Assembly: GCA_963783535.1 (NCBI GenBank)
Contig: CAWANX010000001.1
Location: 48,283 to 112,282, forward strand
From: an uncultured Alphaproteobacteria bacterium
GTDB taxonomy: Bacteria; Pseudomonadota; Alphaproteobacteria; Sphingomonadales; Sphingomonadaceae
DNA: 64,000 nt
Direction: 5' to 3'
This document shows positions 54,697 through 63,401 of this stretch, piece by piece (position 1 is the stretch's first letter; every line of letters starts with the position of its first letter). The notes under the pieces were generated by a model. It was not told the DNA's origin. It did not search any database and saw nothing but the letters and a program-made list of their open reading frames with translations. The position numbers and the translations under genes are program-made.

Positions 54697-55987
54697 CTAT
54701 CCGGCAGGGAGGGGCTGAGCGCCCGAAACGGGTGCCTCTCGCCGGAACTGGGGCTGCCTGCCGTAGGTCAGGTAGCGCCACAGCCATTCGGCCGGGCCGA
54801 AGTGGAAATGCTTCAGCCACAGCGGGCTGATGACGATCTGCACCGCCCAAATGGAGAAGACGATATAATAGAGCTGGTGCCGTTCCAGCGCTCCCCAATG
54901 GCCCAGCAACACGAAGATGATCAGCGCGACGACCGAGTGGCTCAGATAATTGGTGAGCGCCATTCGGCCGACCGCCGCCATCGAGCGCCTGAACCATGCA
55001 AAGGTGCCCGACTTGAGGAAGAGCCCGAGCAGCCCGAGGTGCCCGATCGTTTGCGCCAGCCGCGCGAAATCGTAGGTGATCTCCGCCTGATGTCTGGCGA
55101 TGCCCGAGAAACCGTGGCTCATTAGCCAATTGGCCTCGTAAATGTTGAGCGGCATGCCGATAGCAGTAACCGCCCAACATCATCGCCAGATAGGTCCGCG
55201 TCCTTGCCTCCAAGGTCAGCACGCCGAGCTTGAACAGCGCCATGCCGATCATCATCATCCCGAAGATGTCGAAGAAATAACGGTAGGCGTCCCAGGATTG
55301 GGCCTGGCTGATTCGAGGCGCGCGCACCACGAGTGCGCTGACATAACCGCCCTGATTTTCCCGTTTTAGCCGGGCAACCGTCTCCGGCGAAGGAGAGCCG
55401 CGCGACTGTTCCATCCACTCCTCGACTGTCTTCTTCTGTTCTTCGTTCCGGTCGGCAACCGGCACCGTTTCGGCAGCGAGAGCGCGCTTGTGCAGGTTGA
55501 GCATGTTGTACGTTTCAAGCCCGCTCCAGGCGGCACCAAGGACGAATGCCGCGATGCCGAGGCCAAGCAATTTCTTTCCGGGCAGATTGCGGAACGAAAA
55601 CAGGAACAGAGCAGTCAATCCGTAAAAATAGAGGATGTCGCCACCCCACAACAGGACCCAGGCATTGAACAGGCCAAACGCGATCAGCCAGAGGTTGCGG
55701 CGGAAATAAGCGTCTGTGGAATCGGGCCGGCTCGTGAAGAGGATGACACCGGCGCCGAACAGAATCGAGAAGAGGCCGCGCTGCGTGCCTTCGAAACCCA
55801 CGTTGACGATGAACCAGGTCCACAGGTTGATGCCCGTGTCGCCGCCCATGACGGTTGGGTTGTCATAGGCGGGGCCCATGCCCATGCCGACGATGTTCAT
55901 GATGAGAATGCCGAAGAGGGCACACCCTCGAATGAAGTCCAGCGATTCCAGACGCGTTCCGCTCGGCGCCGCAACAGCATTGGCCAT
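54697..55987 (-). CDS. DUF418 membrane protein, second paralog (frameshift near 55165)
   Basis: RLESLDFIRG, FSILFGAG, GDIL, GRMALTNY, GPAEWLWR. Confidence 0.88.
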
Positions 55988-56138
55988 GATATCGCCCCCC
56001 TGTAGAGGCCTCTCTCTGCTCATTGCCGCCGCCTGGTAATCTATCTTTCGTTAACTGCAGTATCTCTGCGTTTGGTGTTCTGGCGGTCGGAGGGGCGCTC
56101 CGCCCAAGGAGGCGTCCCATCGCCTAGGCATGGTGAAG

Positions 56139-56151
56139 GTCCGCTTTTCCA
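56139..56151 (+). repeat. GTCCGCTT-type boundary repeat (partial)
   Basis: GTCCGCTTTTCCA, intergenic. Confidence 0.5.
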
Positions 56152-56211
56152 ATATCCGTAATCGTTGGTTAGCCGCGAAGTGTTAATAGGTTCGGCGGCG
56201 GGGGACCTTCG

Positions 56212-56607
56212 ATGGAGGGTCCGGACATGGTTTTTGGTAAGCGTATCGATAAACCGGGTGGCGTTCGCCGCTCCCTGCGCGAAGTCGTGATGATCCGTGC
56301 AACCATGATGACGACAATGGAAACCGTCGGCGTCGATCTCCTTGATCTCTCGACTTGCGGGGCAAAGCTTCGAGGCGACAATCTGCCCGCTCCAGGCCAG
56401 GAGGTCATTGTCCTCCTGGGCAGGCTTGAAGCCTTCGGATCAATCATATGGCGCGACGAAGATCAGTGCGGTGTCCATTTTGACGTGCCGCTCAGCGAAC
56501 GAGCCATATCGATTGTCCAAGAGGAGCGTGGGCCGGCTTGGTTACGGGCGGCGCCAGGGGAAGATCTTTTGGCAGCCAGCGACTGGTTCAACGGACTGGC
56601 CCGCTAG
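56212..56607 (+). CDS. PilZ domain protein
   Basis: RRSLR...DLSTCG c-di-GMP motifs, IIWRDEDQCGVHF. Confidence 0.88.
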   Translation: MEGPDMVFGKRIDKPGGVRRSLREVVMIRATMMTTMETVGVDLLDLSTCGAKLRGDNLPAPGQEVIVLLGRLEAFGSIIWRDEDQCGVHFDVPLSERAISIVQEERGPAWLRAAPGEDLLAASDWFNGLAR

Positions 56608-56711
56608 GACGGCCTCCTACCAAGGCGGGATATTAGCCAGTGGCTGCTTTGCATCCCATGGGACTTTCGTCGCGTCCAGCCAACCCACTGCGTAAGCTTG
56701 GCACAACGGCA

Positions 56712-56729
56712 CTGTAACAAAAGTTTCAT
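56712..56729 (+). promoter_or_regulatory. Pho-box-like direct repeat
   Basis: CTGTAAC-AAAA-GTTTCAT upstream of the Nudix-DUF47-pit operon. Confidence 0.55.
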
Positions 56730-56817
56730 TTTTCTTGCGGGCCATCGGGCGTCCCACTAGTCCCCGTCGAGCGTTAGCGGTGGCGTCGGGCCGCCATTTC
56801 TCCGGGGGATCAGCGCC

Positions 56818-57942
56818 ATTCGACAGATCGCAGCCTTGCCCTACCGGTCTGCCGGCTTTCAACTGGACGCTCCCGTGCAGATTCTGCTGGTGACGTCGCG
56901 TGAATCACGACGCTGGGTGGTCCCAAAGGGAAATTTTGCCAACAGCATCGCTCCCCATACCGCAGCTGCACAGGAAGCCGAAGAGGAAGCAGGCGTTCGG
57001 GGCGCCGTCTGCCCGACTCCTTTAGGAAGCTATCGCTATCGCAAACGCAAAGGCAGTGGCGCTTCGCTGATGGCCGATGTCGAGGTTTTTCCGCTCTCCG
57101 TCAGCGAAGAATTGGCGGACTGGAAGGAACGAAATCAGCGAGAGCGACGCTGGTTCAGCCTCGCCGATGCCGCAAATGCCGTCGACGAACCGGATCTGAG
57201 AGATCTCATCCGCTCATTCAACGCAAGCGAGTTCAATCAGGTCGCCCGCCGCAATGGCATGCTCGACCGGGTCGCCGAAAAATCAAGGGTAGGAAATATG
57301 TTCGCCTGGTTCCACCGCCTGCTGCCGAGGACCGGCGGCTTCTTTGAGCTGTTCGAAGCCCATGCGGTCGCGCTCACCGCCGCAGCCGACGCCACCGGCC
57401 GCCTGGTGCAGGGAGGTCCATCCATGCACGAAAACGCGCGCGAGATTTTCGAACGCGAGCATGACGCCGATCAAATCATTCGCGAAGTGCTGACTACGGT
57501 TCGCCAGACCTTCCTCACCCCGTTCGACCGCAGCTCGATCACCGCACTGATCGGATCGATGGACGATGCGATCGACGAGATGCAGGCGGCGGCTTCGGCA
57601 ATCCAGCTCTACGAAGTGGCCGAGTTCGGGCAGGAAATGAAGGATATGGCCGCGATCATCGTCGATTCCGCCCGCCTGGTGGCCGAGGCAATGCCGCTGC
57701 TCCGCAACGTCGGAGCGAACGGCGCGCGCCTGCACGAGCTGACCGAGCGGCTGGTCCGCATGGAAGGCCATGCTGACGAAATCCATTCGGCCGGCCTCAA
57801 ACAGGCGTTTCAGGCGCACCGCAACGGAGATGCCATTCAGTTCATCGTCCAGCGTGAAATCTTCAAGCATCTTGAGCGGATCGTCGACGCTTTCGAAGAC
57901 GTTGCCAACGTCATCGACGGCATCGTCATCGACCACAGCTGA
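56818..57942 (+). CDS. Nudix hydrolase::DUF47 (PhoU-like Pit accessory) fusion protein
   Basis: RQIAALPYR, LLVTSRESRRWVVPKG, AAQEAEEEAGV, then FFELFE, EHDAD, TFLTPFDR, EGHAD. Start inferred at ATT 56818. Confidence 0.85.
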   Translation: MRQIAALPYRSAGFQLDAPVQILLVTSRESRRWVVPKGNFANSIAPHTAAAQEAEEEAGVRGAVCPTPLGSYRYRKRKGSGASLMADVEVFPLSVSEELADWKERNQRERRWFSLADAANAVDEPDLRDLIRSFNASEFNQVARRNGMLDRVAEKSRVGNMFAWFHRLLPRTGGFFELFEAHAVALTAAADATGRLVQGGPSMHENAREIFEREHDADQIIREVLTTVRQTFLTPFDRSSITALIGSMDDAIDEMQAAASAIQLYEVAEFGQEMKDMAAIIVDSARLVAEAMPLLRNVGANGARLHELTERLVRMEGHADEIHSAGLKQAFQAHRNGDAIQFIVQREIFKHLERIVDAFEDVANVIDGIVIDHS

Positions 57943-57957
57943 TCGGGGCCCGACGAC

Positions 57958-58974
57958 ATGCATGAACTGGCGCTGCCGCTCCTCGTGGGGCTGATCGTGG
58001 TCGCGCTCGCGTTCGATTTTTTGAACGGGTTGCACGACGCGGCCAACTCGATCGCCACGGTAGTCGCCACGAAGCTGCTCGGCCCGGTCCAGGCAGTGGC
58101 GTTCGCCGCCTTCTTCAACTTTGCCGCCTACTTCCTGACCTTGTTCTGGCCGCAGCTGCACGCGGTCGCCGATACCATTGGTAAAGGCCTGATCGACAAA
58201 GACCTGGTGACTCCCGGCGTGGTGTTTGGGGCCCTCGTCGGAGCGATGTTCTGGAACGTGGTCACCTGGCTCAAAGGCATCCCTTCTTCGTCGAGCCATG
58301 CTTTGATCGGCGGGATCATCGGCGCCGGGGTTACGCATGCCGGGCTTGCCGGCATCCAATGGTCGGGCCTCAACAAGACACTGATCGCAATCGTTCTGTC
58401 GCCGACGCTGGGCATGATCCTGTCGATGCTGATCATGCTGGTGTCGAGCTGGGCGCTGGTTGGAGCCAGCGCCCGCGGCGCCGAGCGGACGATGCGTTCG
58501 CTCCACCTGGTTTCGTCGGCGGCATATTCCATCAGCCACGGCCTAAACGATGCCCAGAAAACGATGGGGATTATCACCGTGCTGCTTTACTCGACCGGTT
58601 ATCTGACCGGCGATTTCGAAGTGCCCCACTGGGTGGCGATCAGCTGTTATATCGCGATTGGCCTCGGCACCCTGACCGGCGGCTGGCGGATCATCGAGAC
58701 GATGGGCAGCCGAATTACCAAGCTGTCACAGCACCAGGGATTCTCGGCATCGCTGGGCGGTTCGATCATGGTCTTCACTGCCTCCCTGTTGGGGATTCCC
58801 GTGTCGACCACTCATACCATTACCGGTTGCGTAATCGGCGCCGGAGTTGCACGCCGAGCTTCCGCCGTACGCTGGGGAGTGGCCCAGAACGTAGTGACGG
58901 CATGGATTATCACCATTCCGGCCTCGGCGGGGGTCGCAGCCTTTTTTTATTGGCTGACTACCCTTTTCGGTTGA
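57958..58974 (+). CDS. PiT family inorganic phosphate transporter
   Basis: NGLHDAANSIAT, GIPSSSSH, HGLNDAQK, PVSTTH. Confidence 0.95.
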   Translation: MHELALPLLVGLIVVALAFDFLNGLHDAANSIATVVATKLLGPVQAVAFAAFFNFAAYFLTLFWPQLHAVADTIGKGLIDKDLVTPGVVFGALVGAMFWNVVTWLKGIPSSSSHALIGGIIGAGVTHAGLAGIQWSGLNKTLIAIVLSPTLGMILSMLIMLVSSWALVGASARGAERTMRSLHLVSSAAYSISHGLNDAQKTMGIITVLLYSTGYLTGDFEVPHWVAISCYIAIGLGTLTGGWRIIETMGSRITKLSQHQGFSASLGGSIMVFTASLLGIPVSTTHTITGCVIGAGVARRASAVRWGVAQNVVTAWIITIPASAGVAAFFYWLTTLFG

Positions 58975-58981
58975 GATCAGG

Positions 58982-59119
58982 ATGTTCGATTTGCCCCCGC
59001 CCGAGCCCGGTATCGAGATCGTCGTGGCAAGCCGCGGGATGTCGAAGGGAGTGGCCCAGACCGAAGGACCGCAGCTTGTCGTCAAGCCGGTGTGTCGACA
59101 ACCATCGTGCCCCGAGTGA
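58982..59119 (+). pseudogene. Truncated N-terminal fragment resembling a TorF-like outer membrane protein
   Basis: MFDLPPPEPGIEIVVASRGMSKGVAQTEGPQLVV, then abrupt stop after 45 aa. Family assignment is from recalled similarity only. Confidence 0.4.
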
Positions 59120-59229
59120 TGCTCGACCTGCGCTGGTTCGATACCAACCGTCACAGCCTGGGCCCATTCTTTGATGGCAGGGCCGTGGTCAGCGCGCGAA
59201 TGACCTTCTAGGCCCAGTCGTAAGGCAAC

Positions 59230-59253
59230 GTCCGCTTTCCACCCACTGCGGGC
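59230..59253 (+). repeat. GTCCGCTT-type boundary repeat (most complete copy)
   Basis: GTCCGC-TTTCCACCCACT-GCGGGC, 7 bp from a stop codon. Confidence 0.65.
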
Positions 59254-59260
59254 AATGGGC

Positions 59261-59923
59261 TTATTCCCCTAATCTCGACAGGCGCCGAGCCATGGTGGCG
59301 GTTTGAATGACGAACAAAAATATGAGCAGCACTCCTATTCCGCCGACGAAGAGATCAAATGGTCCGAGCGACATGAATTGCTGATCGGAACGCCCAAATA
59401 CGTACATCGAAACGGTAAGACCGATCAGGATCAGGCGCAGCTCGGTTGGGCCTGCCGAAATGTGAGAGAGCTTCAATTCCCCGACGACACGGGCCCCGAG
59501 GAATGCGTGAATTGCAAGCAGGTAATAGCCGGCAAGCGCGATCAGCGAGATGTCGAGGCGAACATAGGGGCTCAGGCCCAGGCCACCTACAATGAAGAGA
59601 CCGCCGAGCGCGTCGGCACTATGGTCGACAAAATAGCCATAGCGAGGTCGCTCTATTGAGCGAAATCGGGCGAGACTGCCGTCGAGAGAATCCCCGAACC
59701 AGTGCAGCACATACCCAGCGACCGACGCCCATAGCCAATTGCGATCGAGCGCACTCGCACTGTACCCGATAAAGACGATCACGGCCCCAACCAGTGCCGA
59801 AACGGTCAGAAGATCGGGCGTCACCCAGCGTGGCAATCGCGGACATAGCCAGTTCAGAAGACGACGTTCGTAGATCGCCAGTACATTCTCCTGGATGCGC
59901 TTGATAGGTGTTGTCGGGGTCAA
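59261..59923 (-). CDS. CDP-alcohol phosphatidyltransferase family protein
   Basis: TPDLLT, DSLDGSLAR...GYFVDHSAD signature. Confidence 0.9.
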   Translation of the reverse strand: MTPTTPIKRIQENVLAIYERRLLNWLCPRLPRWVTPDLLTVSALVGAVIVFIGYSASALDRNWLWASVAGYVLHWFGDSLDGSLARFRSIERPRYGYFVDHSADALGGLFIVGGLGLSPYVRLDISLIALAGYYLLAIHAFLGARVVGELKLSHISAGPTELRLILIGLTVSMYVFGRSDQQFMSLGPFDLFVGGIGVLLIFLFVIQTATMARRLSRLGE

Positions 59924-59966
59924 TCTGGGGTTCCTTCAAACCGGGCCGCAATGCCCCCATGCAGTA

Positions 59967-59984
59967 ATGAAACCGTCATAACAA
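59967..59984 (-). promoter_or_regulatory. Pho-box-like direct repeat
   Basis: TTGTTAT-GACG-GTTTCAT on the minus strand, about 45 bp upstream of 59923. Confidence 0.45.
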
Positions 59985-60059
59985 ACCTAAGACCCGGTCA
60001 GGTCACATTTTGGCAATGACGATTGACTCGCGGGCTTGGCGGGCAGAGGCGGTCCCTGG

Positions 60060-60239
60060 ATGAAAAAACACATCAACGACACCCTATCAGGCGCCATTCT
60101 TATCGTGGCACTCACGGTCATATTCTCGGGGATCGCTTATTGCCTCATGGCGATTGGCTGGGCCGTATTCGGAACACAGCGCGGGCTACGTGCCATTCGG
60201 GCCAGGCTGCTACGCCGCAATCCGCAGATCGTATCGTAA
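60060..60239 (+). CDS. Small membrane protein
   Basis: GAGG upstream, hydrophobic segment plus basic tail. Confidence 0.5.
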   Translation: MKKHINDTLSGAILIVALTVIFSGIAYCLMAIGWAVFGTQRGLRAIRARLLRRNPQIVS

Positions 60240-60319
60240 CGCCCGCCTTGCGCCCCTTACGGCGACGATCGACCCGAAGCGGCCCTAGTCATCACCAAGG
60301 GTTTCGCTAAAATCGCGCG

Positions 60320-60790
60320 ATGATTGAGCAGCTGTTCGGCCCTGACAATTTCAATGTCCTGCCTCACTTAGTAGCGCTTGTAGTTGCCTACGCCCTCGCA
60401 TTTCCGATTGGATGGAATCGCGAACAGGAGGAGCGAAGTGCGGGTTTGCGCACCTTTCCACTCGTGGCTGTTGCGACCTGTGGTTTCATTCAAGCCGCCG
60501 AATTGATCACAGCGACAAGCCCTGAGGCAATGGCAAGAGTGGTCGAAGGATTGATCACCGGTATGGGCTTCATCGGCGGCGGAGCGATCTTGAGGCGCGA
60601 GAATAGCGTGAAGGGAACGGCAACAGCCGCAAGTCTCTGGATCACCGGAGCGATTGGGGTGGCGGTTGGCCTGGGGAGTTATGACGTGGCCTTGATGCTC
60701 TCCATAGCAACGATCGTAACTCTTTGGGTGCTACCTTCGCTCAAGCCCGCCACGAATGAAAACAGCGGGTCCAAGTCACGCAAAAAGTGA
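60320..60790 (+). CDS. MgtC/SapB family protein
   Basis: IGWNRE, AGLRTF, ITGMGFIGGGAI, GTATAASLW. Confidence 0.92.
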   Translation: MIEQLFGPDNFNVLPHLVALVVAYALAFPIGWNREQEERSAGLRTFPLVAVATCGFIQAAELITATSPEAMARVVEGLITGMGFIGGGAILRRENSVKGTATAASLWITGAIGVAVGLGSYDVALMLSIATIVTLWVLPSLKPATNENSGSKSRKK

Positions 60791-60800
60791 CTGAGCCGGT

Positions 60801-60810
60801 GTCCGCTTCC
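60801..60810 (+). repeat. GTCCGCTT-type boundary repeat (partial)
   Basis: GTCCGCTTCC, 10 bp after the mgtC stop. Confidence 0.5.
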
Positions 60811-60914
60811 CCGTGGGCTGGCCAACCTAACTTTCGCTAAGGTTTAACTCGCACGCATTTGGGCTACTACAGACGACGCAACCTGTACTGCTGATATGGT
60901 TAGAGGGGACTGGT

Positions 60915-61238
60915 ATGGCCTCCTTTCAAGTGACCTGTCACACCCCCGACGATCTAGACGCACAACGTCGCATCCGGGGCCTGGGTGGCCAGGGGTGGTG
61001 GTTCCCCACCGAAGCGATCATCCAAATGATCGAGCAACGCCAGCATGAGTTCTGGGTCTTGATCGGTACGGAACGGGTCGAACTTGCGGTAAAGAGGCAC
61101 GGCGTAACCGGCAGACAATTCCTCACGACGGTCACGGGTGAATTCCCTCCGAACAATCTGCTGAGCCTTCCGACCTGCTCACTTATGGAAGGAGCGCAGA
61201 AGTCGTCCGACAAAAGCCGTTGGGCGCCCGTTCCATAG
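60915..61238 (+). CDS. DUF3892-like protein
   Basis: FQVTC..RIRGLGG.GWW...FWV...FLTT..PNNLLSLPTC. Confidence 0.75.
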   Translation: MASFQVTCHTPDDLDAQRRIRGLGGQGWWFPTEAIIQMIEQRQHEFWVLIGTERVELAVKRHGVTGRQFLTTVTGEFPPNNLLSLPTCSLMEGAQKSSDKSRWAPVP

Positions 61239-61244
61239 GACTGC

Positions 61245-61256
61245 GTCCGCTTCCAC
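61245..61256 (+). repeat. GTCCGCTT-type boundary repeat (partial)
   Basis: GTCCGCTTCCAC, 6 bp after the DUF3892 stop. Confidence 0.55.
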
Positions 61257-61345
61257 TGTTGCCGCTTGCTGCCACTCCGTGTTTGAAAACCCACGCCTCG
61301 CCATGCTAGCGCCCCCGGCAATCCAGTTACGCCGAGGATGAACCA

Positions 61346-62125
61346 GTGGCCGAATTTACCCTGCCCAAGAACAGCAAGATCAAGAAGGGCCGCGATCATG
61401 AGGCCGAGCAAGGCAAGCGGCTCAAGACGTTCAAGGTCTATCGATACGACCCGGATACCGGCGCCAACCCGCGCTACGATCGCTACACCATCGATCTCGA
61501 CAAATGCGGGCCGATGGTCCTCGACGCCATCATCAAGATCAAGAATGAGATCGATCCAACGCTGACCTTCCGCCGCTCCTGCCGCGAGGGGATTTGCGGA
61601 TCATGCGCGATGAACATGGACGGCCGGAACGGCCTCGCCTGCACCACCGCGATCGAAGATATCAGCGGCGAGGTGCGGATTACGCCCTTGCCGCACATGG
61701 AAGTGGTCAAGGACCTCGTCCCCGACATGACCCACTTCTACGCCCAATATGCGTCGATCCAGCCATGGCTGAAATCGGCAACCCCCGAGCCATCGGGCAA
61801 GGAGAGGCTGCAGTCGCCCGAAGATCGCGCCAAGCTCGACGGGCTCTACGAGTGCATCCTCTGCGCCTGCTGCTCGACCAGCTGCCCCAGCTATTGGTGG
61901 AACAGCGACAAGTTCCTTGGCCCGGCGGTCCTGCTAGCCGCCTATCGCTGGCTGGCCGATAGCCGGGACGAGGCGGCGGGCGAGCGGCTCGACCAGCTCG
62001 AGGACCCGTTCCGGCTGTATCGCTGTCACACGATCATGAACTGCGCCAACGTTTGCCCCAAGGGCCTGAACCCCGCCAAGGCGATCGCGGAAACCAAGAA
62101 ACTGGTCGCGGAGCGAGCTACGTAA
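61346..62125 (+). CDS. sdhB: Succinate dehydrogenase iron-sulfur subunit
   Basis: [39 protein letters not shown]. Confidence 0.97.
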   Translation: MAEFTLPKNSKIKKGRDHEAEQGKRLKTFKVYRYDPDTGANPRYDRYTIDLDKCGPMVLDAIIKIKNEIDPTLTFRRSCREGICGSCAMNMDGRNGLACTTAIEDISGEVRITPLPHMEVVKDLVPDMTHFYAQYASIQPWLKSATPEPSGKERLQSPEDRAKLDGLYECILCACCSTSCPSYWWNSDKFLGPAVLLAAYRWLADSRDEAAGERLDQLEDPFRLYRCHTIMNCANVCPKGLNPAKAIAETKKLVAERAT

Positions 62126-62188
62126 CGTCCCGACGTCGCGTTTGTCTTTCCAGGCGAGGTCGCTACGGATGATGGCCGGAGAATCGGC

Positions 62189-62867
62189 ATGGCGAAATCG
62201 AGGTTCACGCCTGCGCACGGCTGGCAGAGCCTTCGCCACTGAAATCGCGGTCGTCTTTATCGGCGTCCTGATTGCGCTGAGCGCACAACAGCTGGTCAAT
62301 GACTGGCAGTGGCGAAGCGAGGTCGCCGACTTCCGGGCAGCGATCGATGACGAACTTGGCCGCAATCTCGACGCTTACCAGTTGCGGATCGAGCACAGCG
62401 GCTGTCTTCGCCGGCGCCTCGATCAGGTCGCCGCCTGGGGAGATGCCCAGGAGCTAGGACGGGCAGGTAAACTCGACAGCGTGATTTCGCGGCCGCGGAA
62501 CTACAGCCTTCAATTCAGCGTCTGGCGGCAGGCGGGAGACGCAGTTTCGCGATTACCGCTCGACGCCCGCCTGCGCTACGCCCAGATGTACGACGCTTTC
62601 GACAATTACGATTATCTTCGCCGGTCCGAACGCGACATTTGGCACGACATCCGCGATTATGAGGGCGCCGGCCGGTTGAGCCCGGATCAACTGTTTCGCC
62701 TGCGCGGCCTGATCACTCGTGCCCGCACCGTGAATGAGTCAATGGAAGCCAACCTGACAGGCATCCAAAGTCGCGCGGCAGCAATGGGCGTTCGCCGAAT
62801 AAGCGATCCCGACCATACACCGTGGAAGCGCGAACTTTGCGAACCGCTGCGCTGGCGGCCGGCCTAG
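62189..62867 (+). CDS. Hypothetical single-TM protein (frameshift near 62225)
   Basis: GGAGA RBS, ATG 62189; MAKSRFTPAHGW joins RAFATEIAVVFIGVLIAL after removing one base. Confidence 0.7.
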
Positions 62868-62906
62868 CCGGTTGCGTGGGATTGGCGAGGCCGGTAGGCC
62901 CGCCCC

Positions 62907-63401
62907 ATGACAGCTCCAGCCAGACTTCCGACCGGCGCCGATCCCGACCCCGAAAATCCCGATTGGTACAGCTGGGGCGACTTCCCGCGCGGCTCTTTCG
63001 CGGCGCAGACCGGGCGGCTGCTGTTCAGGCCGGAGGGAGAGGGTCAGGCGCGGTGCCGCATGTTCCCAAATAAATCGCACCTCAACATGGGCGGATCGAT
63101 CCATGGCGGAGCGGTGATGAGCTTCATCGACATGGCGCTGTTCGCTGGCGGGCGCTGCGCCGGGATGGCCGAGGGCCATTACGTCACGCTCGACTGCGCG
63201 ACCCATTTCATCGCTCGCGGGCGGATTGACGTGCCGTTGGACGCGGTCGTCCGGCTGGTCGGCCAGACCAGTGGTGGCCACGTGTTCCTCTCCGGCCATT
63301 GCGAGCAGGACGGGCAGCCGACCCACAGCTTCACCGGCACGTTGAAGCGGGTGACGCGGCCCAACGCTCCTGCGTCCGAGGCCGATGGGCCCCGTCGGTA
63401 A
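62907..63401 (+). CDS. PaaI family thioesterase
   Basis: HLNMGGSIHGGAVMSFID hotdog motif. Confidence 0.9.
   Translation: MTAPARLPTGADPDPENPDWYSWGDFPRGSFAAQTGRLLFRPEGEGQARCRMFPNKSHLNMGGSIHGGAVMSFIDMALFAGGRCAGMAEGHYVTLDCATHFIARGRIDVPLDAVVRLVGQTSGGHVFLSGHCEQDGQPTHSFTGTLKRVTRPNAPASEADGPRR

Noticed and set aside
56030-61300. CRISPR array or classical integron
   Set aside because: Repeats are separated by whole genes, lack attC length and RYYYAAC/GTTRRRY ends, and there is no cas or intI gene.
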